DNA of 64,000 bases from a virus. Below are positions 18,665-28,116 of the stretch, in pieces. Each line of letters opens with the position of its first letter. Position 1 is the first letter of the stretch. A program made the position numbers and the translations under genes. The notes below the pieces were generated by a model. The model made no database searches and was not told the DNA's origin. It saw only the letters and a list, made by a program, of their open reading frames with translations. The stretch spans positions 8,836 to 72,835 of the IMG/VR virus record IMGVR_UViG_3300036790_000060; one strand, 5' to 3'.

Positions 18665-19588
18665 ATGACGAAGAACGCTGCCGGTGTGATGATCATGTCG
18701 AAAGGGAGGGCGCTGCTGCTGCAGCGCTCCTCGACGTCCAGCCATCCGGGCGAATGGTGCTTTCCCGGCGGCGGGATGGAAGACGGCGAAACGCCTGACG
18801 AAGCCGCGTTCCGCGAACTGTTCGAAGAGATCGGCGACCAGGACGTGGGCGAACTCAAGTTCTGGATCAGGCGGATCAAGGACGACGTTGACTTCACGAC
18901 GTTCATCGCCAAGTCGCCGACGTGCTTCGAACCGCGACTGAACGACGAACACACGGCGTTCGCCTGGATCGATCCGGTGCACCCCGCCGTGAACATGCAC
19001 CCCGGCGTCAAGATCGCGCTCGACAAGCTATCGATGGACGAGCTCGATATCGCCGACGCGATGGCGGACGAAGAGCTTTCCAGCCCGCAGGTGTACGGGA
19101 ACCTCTGGATGTTCGCGATCCGGATCACCGGGACCGGCTTCGCCTACCGGGCAGGGCGGAAGGAATACGCCTGGCGGGATACGTCGATCTATCTGACCGA
19201 TCGGTTCCTGCGCCGTTGCAACGGCCTCCCGGTGACGATCGACCACCCGGACAAGTCTTCGCTCGACACGAAGGAATACGAGGATAGGGCGGTCGGTTCC
19301 GTCTTCGTCCCCTACTTCAAGGGCGAAGAGGTCTGGGCGATCGTCAAGATACATAACGCTGCGGCCGCCGCGCTAATGCAAAGCGAGCAGCTTTCCACGT
19401 CTCCGGGCGTGGTCTTCCGAGACGCGACCAGCACGAACGCGACGTTCCAGCTAGGTGGTGGCAAGGCGCTACTGATCGAGGGCAAGCCCGCTCTCCTCGA
19501 TCATATCGCAATTTGTGAGCAGGGCGTATGGGACAAAGGTGGAGAGCCCGCCGGAGTCGACATCAACGGAGTAATCGATAATGGCTAA
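18665..19588 (+). CDS. NUDIX hydrolase fused to DUF2213 head-maturation (prohead protease-like) domain
   Basis: Nudix box PGGGMEDGETPDEAAFRELFEEIG; GLPVTIDHP, LSTSPGV, LDHIAICEQGVWD. Confidence 0.85.
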   Translation: MTKNAAGVMIMSKGRALLLQRSSTSSHPGEWCFPGGGMEDGETPDEAAFRELFEEIGDQDVGELKFWIRRIKDDVDFTTFIAKSPTCFEPRLNDEHTAFAWIDPVHPAVNMHPGVKIALDKLSMDELDIADAMADEELSSPQVYGNLWMFAIRITGTGFAYRAGRKEYAWRDTSIYLTDRFLRRCNGLPVTIDHPDKSSLDTKEYEDRAVGSVFVPYFKGEEVWAIVKIHNAAAAALMQSEQLSTSPGVVFRDATSTNATFQLGGGKALLIEGKPALLDHIAICEQGVWDKGGEPAGVDINGVIDNG

Positions 19589-20561
19589 GGAAGGTGAAGA
19601 CGACGGCCTCCTGGACAAAATCCACGACGCAGTGAAGTCCCTGCACGGCCGGATGGATGCGTTCGAGAAAGAGCGCAAGGACGAAGACGACCGGAAGGAC
19701 GCCGAGGAAAAGGTGCGTATGGACAAGGCGCGCCACGACTCCGCCCGGAAGGACAAGTTCGGCGCCCGGAAGGACGGCGAACGTCATGACGCTTGGAAGA
19801 AGCGCCACGACGAAGACGAGAAGGCCATGTGCGATGCCATGGGCGGCGACGATGCCGCGAAGGACTCCGCCCGGAAGGATCGTCACGACGCTGAAGAGGA
19901 AGAGAAGCGCAACGACGAGGACTTCGAAAAGTGGGCCAAGGAAGAGGAAAAGGAGCCCGAGCACAAGAAGGACTCCGAGATGTCCTCCAAGCAGGCCGAG
20001 TCGCCTGAGATTAAGGACAGCGCTGAAACCGAAAAGGAAAAGGAAGAAGCTGTGAAGGACAAGGCGCGGCACGACGCGGTCGTTGCCGAGAACGCGGACC
20101 TGAAAGCCAGGTTCGAAAAGATGGAAAGCATCATCGCGAACCTGACCCGTGAAACTCCGGCGTCCGAACGTTCGGCTCTGGCGAACGCGCAGGCTCGCGC
20201 CGACAGCGTGGCGGTGATGTTCGCCGATCGCGCCCCGCCCCCGATCGGCGGCGAGACTTCGCTGGACTACCGGAAGCGGATGCTCCGCCGGTTCCAGGCG
20301 CATTCCCCGCGCTTCAAGGAAACGCGGTTCGACAGCTACGACGAGGCATCGGTCAGCACGGTCGAGGACGTCATCTATCACGACGCGATCAACCGTGCGC
20401 GGGAACCCGGCGACACCCGTCCCGGTCAGCTGATGGCTTTCGAGGAGCGGGACCGCGCAGGCCGGACGATCACCAAGTACTCCGGTGACATCCTGGGCTT
20501 CATGGCACCGTTCATGACGGGCGCCACGACCGGCACGATCAACCGCAAACCGAACGGCTAA
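19581..20561 (+). CDS. capsid scaffold protein
   Basis: Highly charged with repeated RxD motifs; lies between the protease-like and capsid genes. Confidence 0.75.
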   Translation: MAKEGEDDGLLDKIHDAVKSLHGRMDAFEKERKDEDDRKDAEEKVRMDKARHDSARKDKFGARKDGERHDAWKKRHDEDEKAMCDAMGGDDAAKDSARKDRHDAEEEEKRNDEDFEKWAKEEEKEPEHKKDSEMSSKQAESPEIKDSAETEKEKEEAVKDKARHDAVVAENADLKARFEKMESIIANLTRETPASERSALANAQARADSVAVMFADRAPPPIGGETSLDYRKRMLRRFQAHSPRFKETRFDSYDEASVSTVEDVIYHDAINRAREPGDTRPGQLMAFEERDRAGRTITKYSGDILGFMAPFMTGATTGTINRKPNG

Positions 20562-20594
20562 TCCGTTCCCGAACCTCTGAAAGGCGATTGAATT

Positions 20595-21236
20595 ATGTCG
20601 ATCACGATCAACCCGTTCTCCACCAATCAGCCCCAGGACAGCTTCCTGCTTCAGACGCAGGGCCTGATCCAGGGGATGATGTATGACGATCCGACCGCGC
20701 GCCTGGAACTCGCGGGCGGCGTCCTGAACAGCGGCGAGACCGTCCCGATGTGGGGCGGCCGGGCCATCTCCGAATTCGTCAACTACGCAGGATCGAACTC
20801 GGACGGCCTCGGTCCCCAGATTTATTCGGGCACCGCTGCGGGCAATAGCCAAAGCGCGACCGCGCAGACCATCACCGGCTTCAGCGTGTACAACCAGGCG
20901 AACAGCATGGTGATCACGCCGGGCCAGACGGCGCCGCAGGCAGGCGTCGGGAACTACGTCGCATTCGTGCGGAATGGTTCCAACGCGCGCATCGCGGTCA
21001 AGATCGCCCCGGCGCTGGTAACCGCGTTGATCGCCACGCCGGGTCCGATCGCCCAGCCGCTTTACTGGGACACGACCAATTACCAGATCACGACGTCTGG
21101 TGGCACCACCCCGATCCAGCTGGCGGTGACGACTCGGCTGCTGTCCATCAATACGAACAGCAAACTGGTCAGCTACAACAGCGGTACCGGCGCGGTCACC
21201 TGGACGACCGGCACGCTCTGCATGATCCAGATCTGA
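20595..21236 (+). CDS. head decoration/minor capsid protein
   Basis: GLIQG...DDP..R..LAGG..PMWGG..ISE; precedes the MCP. Confidence 0.7.
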   Translation: MSITINPFSTNQPQDSFLLQTQGLIQGMMYDDPTARLELAGGVLNSGETVPMWGGRAISEFVNYAGSNSDGLGPQIYSGTAAGNSQSATAQTITGFSVYNQANSMVITPGQTAPQAGVGNYVAFVRNGSNARIAVKIAPALVTALIATPGPIAQPLYWDTTNYQITTSGGTTPIQLAVTTRLLSINTNSKLVSYNSGTGAVTWTTGTLCMIQI

Positions 21237-21296
21237 ACCAACCCCGCAACACGTTCTAAGGCGGGGCGAGCCCCCGGCAAAAGGAGCTTCATTTAG

Positions 21297-22322
21297 ATGG
21301 GTAACATCTTCCCGGTGGCCGTAAAAGCGTCACCGTCCTACACCGAGCCTGAACTGATCCTCACTTACGCTCAGGCATCCGGTGCGTTCGCGGCTTTGGC
21401 GGGCGGCAAGCCGCGCGTCAAGATCGGTTCCGAAGACATGGTGGTTTACATCAACCGCCTGGACCTCCGGACCGAAGCGACGGCGGGCCAGTCCCCGTTC
21501 AACCTGTTGCCTTCCGCTTCGCTGGAAGCCAACTACTACCAGACGCCGACGTATCTCATCCGCGTCCGGGCGATCTGGGACCACCACGATATGGCCCGTG
21601 CGTCGGGCTGGAACGTGGCGCTTCCGGCGGCGCAGGACCTGGCGATGCGTCAGGGTATCTTCCAGCAGATGCGGACTGCGCTGCTGTACGGTTTCAACCC
21701 CGCGAACGGCGAAGGCTTGCTGAATACCTCCGGCGCGACGGCGGTCTCCCTTCCGCCTGATACGTTCGGCAACTCGACCGCTTCCACCTACGACAATGGC
21801 CAGATGGCCATGTTCTTCCTCAACCAGATGGTTGCGCTGAAGAGCCGGATGTGGCAGTCGGGCGGGAATATCAAGAACAAGATCGTGGTCATCTCGCCGC
21901 AGTCGATCTTCTTGCAGTTCGCCTACGCCAACATCGTGCAGGTCACTTCCTACCAGCGCCCCGGCGCCGGCACCGAGACGACCGGCCGGGTGATCAAGGA
22001 CGTGGCGATGGAGTCCGGCGACACGTTCGACTGGTATTTCGATGATACCCTCATCGGCCAAGGTTCGGGCGGAACGAACGCCGTCCTGCTGACGATGCCC
22101 GAGATCGAACAGCCTTCGATGCCGGGGATCGACACTAACGAGTTCGCCGGTCTGATGCCCAACATCAAGGCGGCGAACCTGATGTATGCGGATATGGCGG
22201 CGCCGATGAAAATCCCGACTCCGACTCCGGACGGGGCGATCACCGAGCTGCAGGAACTCCGCATCACCTCCGGCTGGTGCATCCGGCCGCAGGCGATTTC
22301 CATCATCGCGATGCCGAGCTGA
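21297..22322 (+). CDS. major capsid protein
   Basis: 341 aa; LAMRQGIFQQMR..LLYG..GEGLLN, RITSGW.IRPQA. Confidence 0.85.
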   Translation: MGNIFPVAVKASPSYTEPELILTYAQASGAFAALAGGKPRVKIGSEDMVVYINRLDLRTEATAGQSPFNLLPSASLEANYYQTPTYLIRVRAIWDHHDMARASGWNVALPAAQDLAMRQGIFQQMRTALLYGFNPANGEGLLNTSGATAVSLPPDTFGNSTASTYDNGQMAMFFLNQMVALKSRMWQSGGNIKNKIVVISPQSIFLQFAYANIVQVTSYQRPGAGTETTGRVIKDVAMESGDTFDWYFDDTLIGQGSGGTNAVLLTMPEIEQPSMPGIDTNEFAGLMPNIKAANLMYADMAAPMKIPTPTPDGAITELQELRITSGWCIRPQAISIIAMPS

Positions 22323-22334
22323 AGGAGGATCGCC

Positions 22335-22724
22335 GTGACGCACGTTTACAACCAAGACTCGACGCTCAGCACGGCGAACTCTAACCAGACCGTGACTAAC
22401 TTCACGGTCACTGGTTCGGGCACCGTCACCGTGATCAAGGGCTCCGCCGGTTTCCTCGCCAACATCACTGTTGCCGGGGCTACGAACGGTTCCTATTTCA
22501 CGATTTACGACAACGCATCGGCGGCGTCCGGCGCCGTCGTTCCGCCGAATTCCAACCTCGGCGACGCGACGACCTACCAGGGACCGACGATGGAGCAGAC
22601 CGGCCTCGCCTTGCAAGCGGCGGCCGGGCAGGGCGCGACGCAGTACAACTACGGCGTGTCGACTACCAATGGCATCACCATGCTGTCCTACGGAACGATC
22701 ACCGGAGTGGCAGTCTTCCAGTAA
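22335..22724 (+). CDS. beta-rich virion protein, paralog of 27767..28072
   Basis: VIKGSAGFLANITV...TIYDNASAASG. Confidence 0.65.
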   Translation: MTHVYNQDSTLSTANSNQTVTNFTVTGSGTVTVIKGSAGFLANITVAGATNGSYFTIYDNASAASGAVVPPNSNLGDATTYQGPTMEQTGLALQAAAGQGATQYNYGVSTTNGITMLSYGTITGVAVFQ

Positions 22725-22734
22725 AGGATTGATC

Positions 22735-23259
22735 ATGACTGTTCTATACCTATCCAACCCGTCGAAGCAGAACCACACTTTCTATTACCGCACCGGTGGC
22801 GGGGCTCTGCTCGCGAACGTTGAGATACCGTCCGGCCAGCAGGTTGCCCTGAACAGGGACAGCCGTTGGTCGGGTAAGGACCTGGAGGACGTGCTGCGGC
22901 ATATCCGCCTGTACGGTGGGCACGAGGCGTCGGACACTCACCGGCCGATGCCGAAGTTCACCGGTCTGCTTTATCGCGTCGATGACGAAGTGACCGAGGA
23001 TGAGATCGTCGCAGGTCACGAAGCGACCGTGGCGAACCAGGAGCAGCGGTCGGCGACCGAAGCGACGCGCGCCGCGCTGGCGTTCGATCGCGGGGCGAAC
23101 AAGCTCACCGGTCGCGGCAAGCAGCAGCGCGTGGCCAAGGTGACCCAGGTCGAAGTCATCCAGGAGCTGGAGAAACACCAGCGCCCGACCGGCAACGAAG
23201 TTCACTTCGATGTGTCGATCGATCCCGAAGGGCGTGGCGACGCCGGGCTGCCGGTCTAA
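22735..23259 (+). CDS. head-module hypothetical protein
   Basis: Start MTVLYLSNPSKQNH after AAGGA. Confidence 0.7.
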   Translation: MTVLYLSNPSKQNHTFYYRTGGGALLANVEIPSGQQVALNRDSRWSGKDLEDVLRHIRLYGGHEASDTHRPMPKFTGLLYRVDDEVTEDEIVAGHEATVANQEQRSATEATRAALAFDRGANKLTGRGKQQRVAKVTQVEVIQELEKHQRPTGNEVHFDVSIDPEGRGDAGLPV

Positions 23260-23260
23260 C

Positions 23261-23515
23261 TTGGCTCGTATCATCGTGCCGCTGCGCCGGATAAGCGTAG
23301 CGGCCGGTGCCACCGGTAAGCAGACGTTCTTGCTGCCGGTCGTCATCGAAGTGACAGACGGGCGCGTGACGAAGTCATATCTTCAGGACCCAGACTCCGA
23401 TCGCCACATTCACGAAGGCGTTTCCGGCGTTCTGGTCATGGTAATGAGGCGAGCTGATGAGCGAGATAAATTCCCCCACTGGCCAGAACCGGAACCTAAC
23501 CTGGGACTCGGTTAA
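23261..23515 (+). CDS. hypothetical protein
   Basis: TTG start 1 nt after the previous stop. Confidence 0.45.
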   Translation: MARIIVPLRRISVAAGATGKQTFLLPVVIEVTDGRVTKSYLQDPDSDRHIHEGVSGVLVMVMRRADERDKFPHWPEPEPNLGLG

Positions 23516-23762
23516 GACCTACGTGACCGTGATCGGGACGACGCTCCTGTTCTGGTGCGTCGCTATTTTCATCATAACGCATACGACGCTGACACGGAGC
23601 CCGACGCAGCAGGAAATCGACGCCGTGACGCAGGCCGCGCTTAGGGCGATTACCGCGCTGCACGACCAGGTCTCGCAGGACCAGGCAATCATATCCAAGC
23701 TCCAGGACCGGCTGTCCAATTGCGATCGATACACGCAGCCTCTCAAGGAAAAGACGAAGTGA
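23457..23762 (+). CDS. single-TM protein with coiled coil
   Basis: TM segment VTVIGTTLLFWCVAIFII, then heptads. Confidence 0.6.
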   Translation: MSEINSPTGQNRNLTWDSVKTYVTVIGTTLLFWCVAIFIITHTTLTRSPTQQEIDAVTQAALRAITALHDQVSQDQAIISKLQDRLSNCDRYTQPLKEKTK

Positions 23763-25696
23763 AGAACTTTTTCGTCATCGCGCCCTTCGCCGCCACGTTC
23801 CTGTTCGGGACGGCGGCGGTCGCACAGACACCTGCGCGCGTGGCGAACGTGATCGGGCGTGTGGGCATGAACACCCACATCCCCGAGAACAACTACGGAT
23901 ACCAGACCTATTCGCAGGTCGAGTCGAACCTGGAGTATCTCGGCCTCCCGATCATGCGCGACAGCGCCGAAGCGACCATCGACGTGACGAACATCTCGAC
24001 GGTGGCGAACGCGGCTGGCGTTAAGGTCGATGACTACATCGGCGAGAACTCCCCCGCCGGGATGGCGGTCGATCTGTCGCTGATGCCGAACTTCGCGCCG
24101 GGTCTTCTGATGGCGATCGAAGGCGGTGACGAAGAAGACGACGGATATCCGGTCGGCCTCGGCAATAGCCTGTCGATCACCGCCGCGTTCCAGCAGCGCA
24201 GCGTGTGGCCGATGGGACGGCAGCTAGGACTGCCGGTCATCGGCATGTCGTTCGGCTCTGGGTACACGTCTGATAACGCCTACATCGGCGATTACGGGAT
24301 GGTCGGCGACCTTTCCGTCTGGACCAATCACTCGACCGCGCACGCGTATCCGCAGTTGGGCCAGACTCCCGCGTTCTCGATGGGCGACGTCAACGGCCTG
24401 GCCCACATGTCCGGCCTGTCCGTCCCCGTCGCCATGACCGAACTCGGGTGGGAAGACACCGTATTCACGCAGGCCGCTATCGCGCAAAATGCGGTGGCCG
24501 CCGTCCTGGACGCACAGCTGTTTGGTAACAGCTATCTCATGTTCTACGCGCTGTATGATGACGGTTCGGGAAACTGGGGCTTCTTCTCCGCTGCCGGCGC
24601 CACCCGTCCGGCGGCCGTCGCGATCCACAACCTGACGACGATCCTCGCCGATACCGGCGCCACCGCGAAGTCGTTCACGCAGTCCGCGCTCGGCTACACC
24701 CTGGTCGGCCAGCAGACCGGCGACTCGGTCGTCGTGATGGAGAATTCGACCGGCGGCTATTATGTGGCGATCTGGAACGAGAACGAAGCGGTGACCCACA
24801 CCGTCAAGGTGCTGTTCAGCGGAACCGTTCCGACCGTCTCGATCTATGATCCAACCGTACAGGCGACGCCTACCAGCACGGCGTCCAGTGCTACGTCGGC
24901 CACGCTGACCGTCCAGACCTACCCCACGTTCGTCGGAACGTCCGCCGGGGCGAACCTACCGGCGCTGCTGCCAACCGCTCTGGGAGTCCTCCTGACGCCG
25001 CCTACGGCGATCGGGACCGCGACATCGACCGCGAACCCGCTAGGCGCCATACCCCTGTCAGACGCGGCGGAGCAGGGTGTTACGGGCAACCTGACGATAC
25101 ACCTGACCGCGACCGGGACGTTTACGGTCTCCAGCGCCCAGGGAACCGTCACCGGATCGGGCACGGCGTCCCTTACGGATACCGTGACCTGGGCGCAGAT
25201 CGCCCACGATCTCAGTTCGATCGTCTACACGTCGCCAGCTTCCGGCACCGCCGATCAGGTCGTGATGACGATCACCGACCAGGCTTCGAACGTCACCGTC
25301 TTCACGGTCCCGGTGACGATCCCGCAGCCCTACAACTACCCAGTGCTGGTGGTTCCCACAACGCTGGCCGCCGTGACGAACGTTCAGATGGCGCTGACGC
25401 CGATTAACATCACCGACTATCAGGCGCTGATCGTGCCGACTGCACAGGTCATCAACGTCCGGGACTACTACGGCCTGCTCCAGGTTCCGGTATCGCAGTG
25501 CGGCGGCACCGTCGTGTCCGGCAACAATACGGCGACGCTCAGCCTCAGCGGAACGACGAACCAGCTTAATCAGTGCATTCAGTATCTGACGTATCAGGCC
25601 GCGAACAACACGACGTCCGACATCGTGGTCGTGAAATACATCAGTCAATTCGGTCAGACGGCAACCGCGTCGGCCGCTGTCACGGTGAGTAACTAA
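23759..25696 (+). CDS. secreted glycoside hydrolase-like protein (clan GH-A TIM barrel) with C-terminal beta domains
   Basis: Signal peptide ending AVA-Q; GMNTH, IEGGDEED, HAYP, MTELGW, FYALYD, WGFF. Confidence 0.65.
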   Translation: MKNFFVIAPFAATFLFGTAAVAQTPARVANVIGRVGMNTHIPENNYGYQTYSQVESNLEYLGLPIMRDSAEATIDVTNISTVANAAGVKVDDYIGENSPAGMAVDLSLMPNFAPGLLMAIEGGDEEDDGYPVGLGNSLSITAAFQQRSVWPMGRQLGLPVIGMSFGSGYTSDNAYIGDYGMVGDLSVWTNHSTAHAYPQLGQTPAFSMGDVNGLAHMSGLSVPVAMTELGWEDTVFTQAAIAQNAVAAVLDAQLFGNSYLMFYALYDDGSGNWGFFSAAGATRPAAVAIHNLTTILADTGATAKSFTQSALGYTLVGQQTGDSVVVMENSTGGYYVAIWNENEAVTHTVKVLFSGTVPTVSIYDPTVQATPTSTASSATSATLTVQTYPTFVGTSAGANLPALLPTALGVLLTPPTAIGTATSTANPLGAIPLSDAAEQGVTGNLTIHLTATGTFTVSSAQGTVTGSGTASLTDTVTWAQIAHDLSSIVYTSPASGTADQVVMTITDQASNVTVFTVPVTIPQPYNYPVLVVPTTLAAVTNVQMALTPINITDYQALIVPTAQVINVRDYYGLLQVPVSQCGGTVVSGNNTATLSLSGTTNQLNQCIQYLTYQAANNTTSDIVVVKYISQFGQTATASAAVTVSN

Positions 25697-25697
25697 C

Positions 25698-26165
25698 ATG
25701 TCGTGGTCGAACCCCGCATCGCCGAACCTCGCTGACTACATGCTGTTCCTCCAGAACAACGTGGGGATACCGGAGAGCTACCTTCCGTACACCCCCGTCC
25801 CGTCGCCGTTTATCGAATACGCCTTCTACCGGGCGATGAACCTCGTCATCCGGGTGTCGACGTTCGGCAGCGGTTTCGATTACACGCTGGCGGTGTATAA
25901 CTGCGCGGCGCATATCCAGCTGGTCATCACGCCGGACCAGACCGAGCGGACGTTCTTCCGGAAGAAGCGGGACGAATATGACCTGCTGAAACCAGTCGTC
26001 GGCCTGGTCGCGTCGTCGAGCGACGAAGGGACATCGGTGACGAACGCGGTCCCCGACGCGCTCCGCCAGCTAACGATCAGCGACCTCGGCTTCATGCGGA
26101 CGGTCTGGGGACGCGAGTATCTCGCCTACAACCAGGACTACGGCTGCCCGTGGGGGCTATCATGA
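25698..26165 (+). CDS. head-tail adaptor-like protein
   Basis: LAVYNCAAH, GLVASSSDEGTS, TVWGREYL; position. Confidence 0.7.
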   Translation: MSWSNPASPNLADYMLFLQNNVGIPESYLPYTPVPSPFIEYAFYRAMNLVIRVSTFGSGFDYTLAVYNCAAHIQLVITPDQTERTFFRKKRDEYDLLKPVVGLVASSSDEGTSVTNAVPDALRQLTISDLGFMRTVWGREYLAYNQDYGCPWGLS

Positions 26166-26674
26166 AGATCACGTTCGGCGTCATCGACATCCCGTACTCG
26201 GCCGACGCATCGCCAGCGAAGACGGCGAAGCAGGTCCAGTCGGAGAAGCGGAATGCGATGCGCGCCGCGCTCGGCGTCCCGGAAGTCAATAACACGACGG
26301 CCGAGGTCGGTCAGATGCTTGAAGACAAGTATCACATCATGGAGCACTTCTGGCAGGCGAAGGGCAACGCGATCGTCGGCGAGATGGAACCGGCGCTGCA
26401 GGTCGCGTTCGAAGACATCCTGTCGGGCGGGACGCCGCAGTCACTTGATACCGTGTTCCTCCAGGTGACCGGCAACGTCTTCACGATGTTCCAGAACTTC
26501 ATCGACCTGAAGGAAATGGATAGCCTGGGTTACACCGGCATCCCGACGATGGCCGCGAAGAAGGGCGTGAACCACCGGTTGAAACACCCCTACGCGAAGG
26601 ATAACCCCGAGCGTCCGTCGTTCAAGGACACCGGCGTGTTCATGGCAGCATTTCGAATGGAGGTTAGCGAATGA
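26162..26674 (+). CDS. neck/tail completion protein
   Basis: GVIDIPY, LEDKYHIM, RPSFKDTG. Confidence 0.65.
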   Translation: MKITFGVIDIPYSADASPAKTAKQVQSEKRNAMRAALGVPEVNNTTAEVGQMLEDKYHIMEHFWQAKGNAIVGEMEPALQVAFEDILSGGTPQSLDTVFLQVTGNVFTMFQNFIDLKEMDSLGYTGIPTMAAKKGVNHRLKHPYAKDNPERPSFKDTGVFMAAFRMEVSE

Positions 26675-26799
26675 CCGACGACGAACGCACGCTCCTGATG
26701 GCCGTTGCCAAAGTGGCCATGCAGAGCCTGGATACACCGCGCAACGATCGCGTCCGCATCCAGGAACTGATGCATAAGTTGACTGACAAGAAGGACTAG
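26671..26799 (+). CDS. small hypothetical protein (42 aa)
   Basis: GGAGG RBS; fills the gap. Confidence 0.45.
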   Translation: MTDDERTLLMAVAKVAMQSLDTPRNDRVRIQELMHKLTDKKD

Positions 26800-26802
26800 G
26801 CC

Positions 26803-27753
26803 GTGTCGCTGATCGATGAGACCGCCGTAGCGAGTGCGAACCTAGCCGGTCTGCGGACGCTGTCCAACGATCAGCTGGTTCCGTTCTCACTGTATCAGCG
26901 ATACGTCCTACCGCTCGATGGCTATGTCTACTGGCTCCGCGTGAACGAAGGCGATCCCGTCCGGGGATCGATCCACGTGACGGCCGATAAGCGGCAGCTG
27001 GAAGACGAGACGATCGCGGTCAACCGCGTCGTTATGACGACCGGCGAAATGGTTCAGGCGTTCAACGATATCGGGCCTGACCAGATGTGGATCGGCGAGA
27101 TCGCTGGCGTCCGCTTCGCGTTCCGGTCGTCGGGTCCGCGATACAAGGTGGCCGGGCTTTACCACTACTGGGGCGAAGCCGTCTACCCGGCGCTGACGTC
27201 GCAGCTCGTCGATAACGGCGCCCAGCTATCGGCAAAGACGCTGGTGACGTCCAGCAGCCTCCCGCTATGGCTTAGCCTGAAAACCTACGATCCGGTCCTG
27301 ACGTCCGTCGTCAACCCCGCCGTTACGCTCTACCCCGCGTTCCTCGTGCCGGACAACCTACGGCCGCCCTATGGGACGGTCTACGTGATGCCCGACTCGA
27401 CGACCGCGCTTCAGGACTTCCCAAGCCTCGGTCACACCGAATGGAGACAGCACCAGCTGGTTTCCGACCGAGTCCGGATAACGCTCTATGGGTTGACGAA
27501 CGACCAGGTGATGGACTTCGCCCGCGTCGTCTACCAGTACAGTGAGAACGAGGACCTGATGGGGATCATGAATGATACCCCCGCCGTTCGGAACCCACAA
27601 CGCACGCAGGCGGAACTCGGCGTTCTCGCGATGAAGCAGACGCTCATGTACACCGTCAGCTACTACCAGCACCGCGCGAACGAGGTGGCGCGCCAGCTGA
27701 TCACGCAAGCCTCGGTAGCAATCGTCCTTTCGCCCGATGGGCCGGACATCTGA
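26803..27753 (+). CDS. head-closure/tail terminator-like structural protein
   Basis: YVLPLDGYVYW, VRITLYGL, VSYYQ; precedes the sheath gene. Confidence 0.65.
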   Translation: MSLIDETAVASANLAGLRTLSNDQLVPFSLYQRYVLPLDGYVYWLRVNEGDPVRGSIHVTADKRQLEDETIAVNRVVMTTGEMVQAFNDIGPDQMWIGEIAGVRFAFRSSGPRYKVAGLYHYWGEAVYPALTSQLVDNGAQLSAKTLVTSSSLPLWLSLKTYDPVLTSVVNPAVTLYPAFLVPDNLRPPYGTVYVMPDSTTALQDFPSLGHTEWRQHQLVSDRVRITLYGLTNDQVMDFARVVYQYSENEDLMGIMNDTPAVRNPQRTQAELGVLAMKQTLMYTVSYYQHRANEVARQLITQASVAIVLSPDGPDI

Positions 27754-27766
27754 AGGAGTTTTCCAA

Positions 27767-28072
27767 ATGCCGCAGTATCCCTCCAATCAGCCCGTTGGCC
27801 TGAATTACGCCAACATCGCGGCGACCGGCACGAAAGTCGTGAAGTCATCGCCCGGTTTCCTCAAGGGCTTCGTCATCAATAGCGCGGTCGCTGGCGCCGT
27901 CGTGACGTTCTACGATAACACCGCCGGGTCGGGGACGGTCATTTCGGCATTCACGCTGACCAACGCAATCACGGTGCCGCAGCCTTTCGTGGAAATGGAC
28001 ATCCTGTTCCAGAACGGTTTCGCGGTTGTGGTCGCGACGGACAATGCGGATATCACGTTCACGTATCGGTAA
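27767..28072 (+). CDS. beta-rich virion protein, paralog of 22335..22724
   Basis: VVKSSPGFLKGFVI...TFYDNTAGSG; AAGGAG RBS. Confidence 0.65.
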   Translation: MPQYPSNQPVGLNYANIAATGTKVVKSSPGFLKGFVINSAVAGAVVTFYDNTAGSGTVISAFTLTNAITVPQPFVEMDILFQNGFAVVVATDNADITFTYR

Positions 28073-28116
28073 TCCGCCTCCCTGGCTGAACCTGAACTCC
28101 AAGGAGACGCGCACGA

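Noticed and set aside
19563-22778. Long minus-strand ORFs (429 aa and 482 aa) opposite the scaffold and capsid genes
   Set aside because: Antisense shadows of GC-rich coding sequence; no RBS or motifs.
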